From contig JAICVS010000001.1 of NCBI GenBank assembly GCA_025935195.1, positions 44,518 through 108,517 on the forward strand: a stretch of DNA of 64,000 nt, given 5' to 3'. Below are positions 62,138 to 64,000 of this stretch, piece by piece. A program made the position numbers and the translations under genes. Numbering within the stretch: position 1 is the stretch's first letter; every line of letters begins with the position of its first letter. The DNA comes from Ktedonobacterales bacterium. GTDB lineage: Bacteria; Chloroflexota; Ktedonobacteria; Ktedonobacterales; JADMIN01. The notes beneath the pieces are model-generated. The model had not been told where the DNA came from and did not search any database. It worked only from the letters and a program-made list of their open reading frames with translations.

Positions 62138-64000
62138 ATGCGGGCGGATGTGCTGGTGACGCGCGGCAGACAGGAGCTGGCCTCGCCCTCCGCGCTCTAC
62201 ACCTACGCCGTTCCGGACGCCCTGGCCGGCGCGATCGCGGCCGGCCAGCTCGTCGCCGTTCCCTTCGGCGACCGCACCGTTCCCGGCATCGTCTGGGCGC
62301 TCGATGCCAGCGACGATCTGGGTGACGCCGCCGCCTCCTCAGTCGCGGCCATCCGCCCCATCGGGCGCATCCTGCTGGCGGAGCCGCTGATCCTGTCGCA
62401 CCATCGCGCACTGGCCGAGTGGCTTGCCGACCATTACGCCGCGCCGCTCGCCACCGCCGCCCGCCTGATGCTGCCGCCTGGCCTGCTGGCCGGCCTGCGC
62501 ACGGTGGTACGCCCCGCTGGCGGCCCTTCACCCGACAATGCGGCCGGCGATGCCCGCGAGATGGAGTCCGCTCCGCTGCCCGGCGATGGTGAAATCGTGC
62601 TGGCGATGGCGCGCGAGCGTAGCACGCTCACGCTCAACGAGATCGAGCGCACGCTTGGGACGACACGCGCCCGCACCGCCACGCGCGATCTCATCGCGCG
62701 CGGCCAGATCGTCACCGCCGTGGAGCTGCCGCCATCGCAGGCCGGCGCACGGCGCGACCGCATCGTGCGCCTGATCGCCGTGCCAGACGCGCTGGATGCC
62801 TGGCGGACCGCCACACGCGCGCGGCTGGACACGCTCCCGCCCGCGCGGCTCAAGCGTCCTTCCTGGCAACGCGCCGGCAAGGACGAGCGGCAGGCCGAAC
62901 GGCTCCTGCGCCAGCTCGCCGCGCTGGACGCGCTGGCCCAGCCCCCACGCGGCCAGCCGGGCGGCGCCGATCTGCCCGCCTGGCGCTTCGAGGAGCTGGG
63001 CCGCCTCACCCGCGTCACTCCCGCCGCGCTGGACGAGCTTGCTGCCGCCGGATTGATCGTCATCGAGGAGGTCAAGGTGCGCCGCGATCCGCTCGCCGGC
63101 CAGCCCGCCATCGCGCGGAGCGAGCCGCTGCCGCTCACGCCCGCGCAGGCCGCCGCCCGCGATGCTATTCTCGATGCGGCGGATACCCCGTCCGCGCGCC
63201 CGCTACTGCTGCACGGCATCACGGGCAGCGGCAAGACCGAGGTGTATCTCCAGGCGCTGGCCGCGATCATCGCCTGCGGCCGGCGCGGCCTTGTGCTCGT
63301 CCCTGAGATCGCGCTCACGCCGCAGGCGGTCGCGCGCTTCGCCGGGCGCTTTCCCGGTCGCGTCGCGCTGCTGCACAGCGGCCTCACGCCCGCCGAGCGC
63401 CTCGACGAGTGGCGGCGCATCCGCGCCGGGGCGGTGGATGTGGTGGTCGGCTCGCGCTCCGCGCTCTTCGCGCCGCTGGATCGCCTGGGCCTGATCGTGG
63501 TGGATGAGGAGCATGAGACGGCCTACAAAGAGGAGCAGCGCGCCCCCACCTACCATGCGCGCGATACCGCCGTCGCGCTCGGCCGCCTCGCCGGCGCCGC
63601 CGTCGTCCTCGGCAGCGCCACGCCCTCCGTCGAGTCGTATCACTATGCCACCCACGGCGCCTACACGCTGATCGAGCTGAGCGAGCGCGCTCCAGCCCAC
63701 GCCCTCGCCGCTGTCCCTGCCGCTGTCCCTGCCACCGATCATGCTCCAGACGTATCCGCGAGGGCGGTTCCCACTGACCATACGCCGGGACTTACGGGCA
63801 GCGAATCGCCCATGCCGCCCGCGCTGCCCGCCGTGACGCTGATCGACCTGCGGGCCGAGCTGCGCGCCGGCAATACCAGCATCCTCAGCGAGCCACTACG
63901 CATCGCCCTGCAACAGACGCTCGACCGCGGCGAGCAGGCCATCCTCTTTCTCAACCGGCGCGGCACGGCAAGCTGTGTGGTGTGCCGCGAGTGCGGCTAC
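62138..64000 (+). CDS. priA: Primosomal protein N' (replication restart helicase); the 3' end runs off the window
   Basis: My own translation from the ATG at 62138 (GGAGGAAG upstream) reads YTYAVPDAL...VAVPFGDRTVPGIVWAL, Walker A LLLHGITGSGKTEVY, VVDEEHE and LGSATPSVES. It is not in the track because there is no stop in the window. Confidence 0.9.
   Translation, partial: MRADVLVTRGRQELASPSALYTYAVPDALAGAIAAGQLVAVPFGDRTVPGIVWALDASDDLGDAAASSVAAIRPIGRILLAEPLILSHHRALAEWLADHYAAPLATAARLMLPPGLLAGLRTVVRPAGGPSPDNAAGDAREMESAPLPGDGEIVLAMARERSTLTLNEIERTLGTTRARTATRDLIARGQIVTAVELPPSQAGARRDRIVRLIAVPDALDAWRTATRARLDTLPPARLKRPSWQRAGKDERQAERLLRQLAALDALAQPPRGQPGGADLPAWRFEELGRLTRVTPAALDELAAAGLIVIEEVKVRRDPLAGQPAIARSEPLPLTPAQAAARDAILDAADTPSARPLLLHGITGSGKTEVYLQALAAIIACGRRGLVLVPEIALTPQAVARFAGRFPGRVALLHSGLTPAERLDEWRRIRAGAVDVVVGSRSALFAPLDRLGLIVVDEEHETAYKEEQRAPTYHARDTAVALGRLAGAAVVLGSATPSVESYHYATHGAYTLIELSERAPAHALAAVPAAVPATDHAPDVSARAVPTDHTPGLTGSESPMPPALPAVTLIDLRAELRAGNTSILSEPLRIALQQTLDRGEQAILFLNRRGTASCVVCRECGY

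Overview
This is a very GC-rich bacterial chromosomal segment, judged by eye. It is densely coding, with about 55 supportable CDS, and the high GC produces many long spurious antisense or off-frame ORFs in the supplied track. I saw no rRNA, tRNA or CRISPR array. Most genes are housekeeping or accessory metabolism: ribF, cysE, purC, moaD/moaE, pepA, sodA, chrA, priA, an acyl-CoA dehydrogenase, a ClC channel, an S9 peptidase, a GH15 hydrolase, a haloalkane dehalogenase and a flavin-halogenase-like enzyme. Signalling genes include a REC-GGDEF protein, two single-domain response regulators, a large GAF/PAS histidine kinase and a GAF/PAS class III cyclase. The most notable locus is a stand-alone IS200/IS605-family TnpB gene (33368..34483, minus strand). 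Its RuvC triad and zinc finger are intact, no TnpA is nearby, and a ~55-65 nt module is repeated at both ends, so it is a candidate omega-RNA-guided nuclease element. Next to it lie a SAMHD1-like HD phosphohydrolase / MBL hydrolase / small membrane protein operon and a divergent FRG-domain gene. A hicB-hicA pair has hicA in frame directly behind the hicB TAG stop and lacks a canonical start codon. The intergenic space holds at least four dispersed repeat families, which I label A to D. Family C is a long-hairpin element found three times. Each copy sits in a long 5' leader, in the same orientation as the downstream gene, behind a sigma70-like promoter. All functional calls come from motif recognition by eye, and no database search was run.
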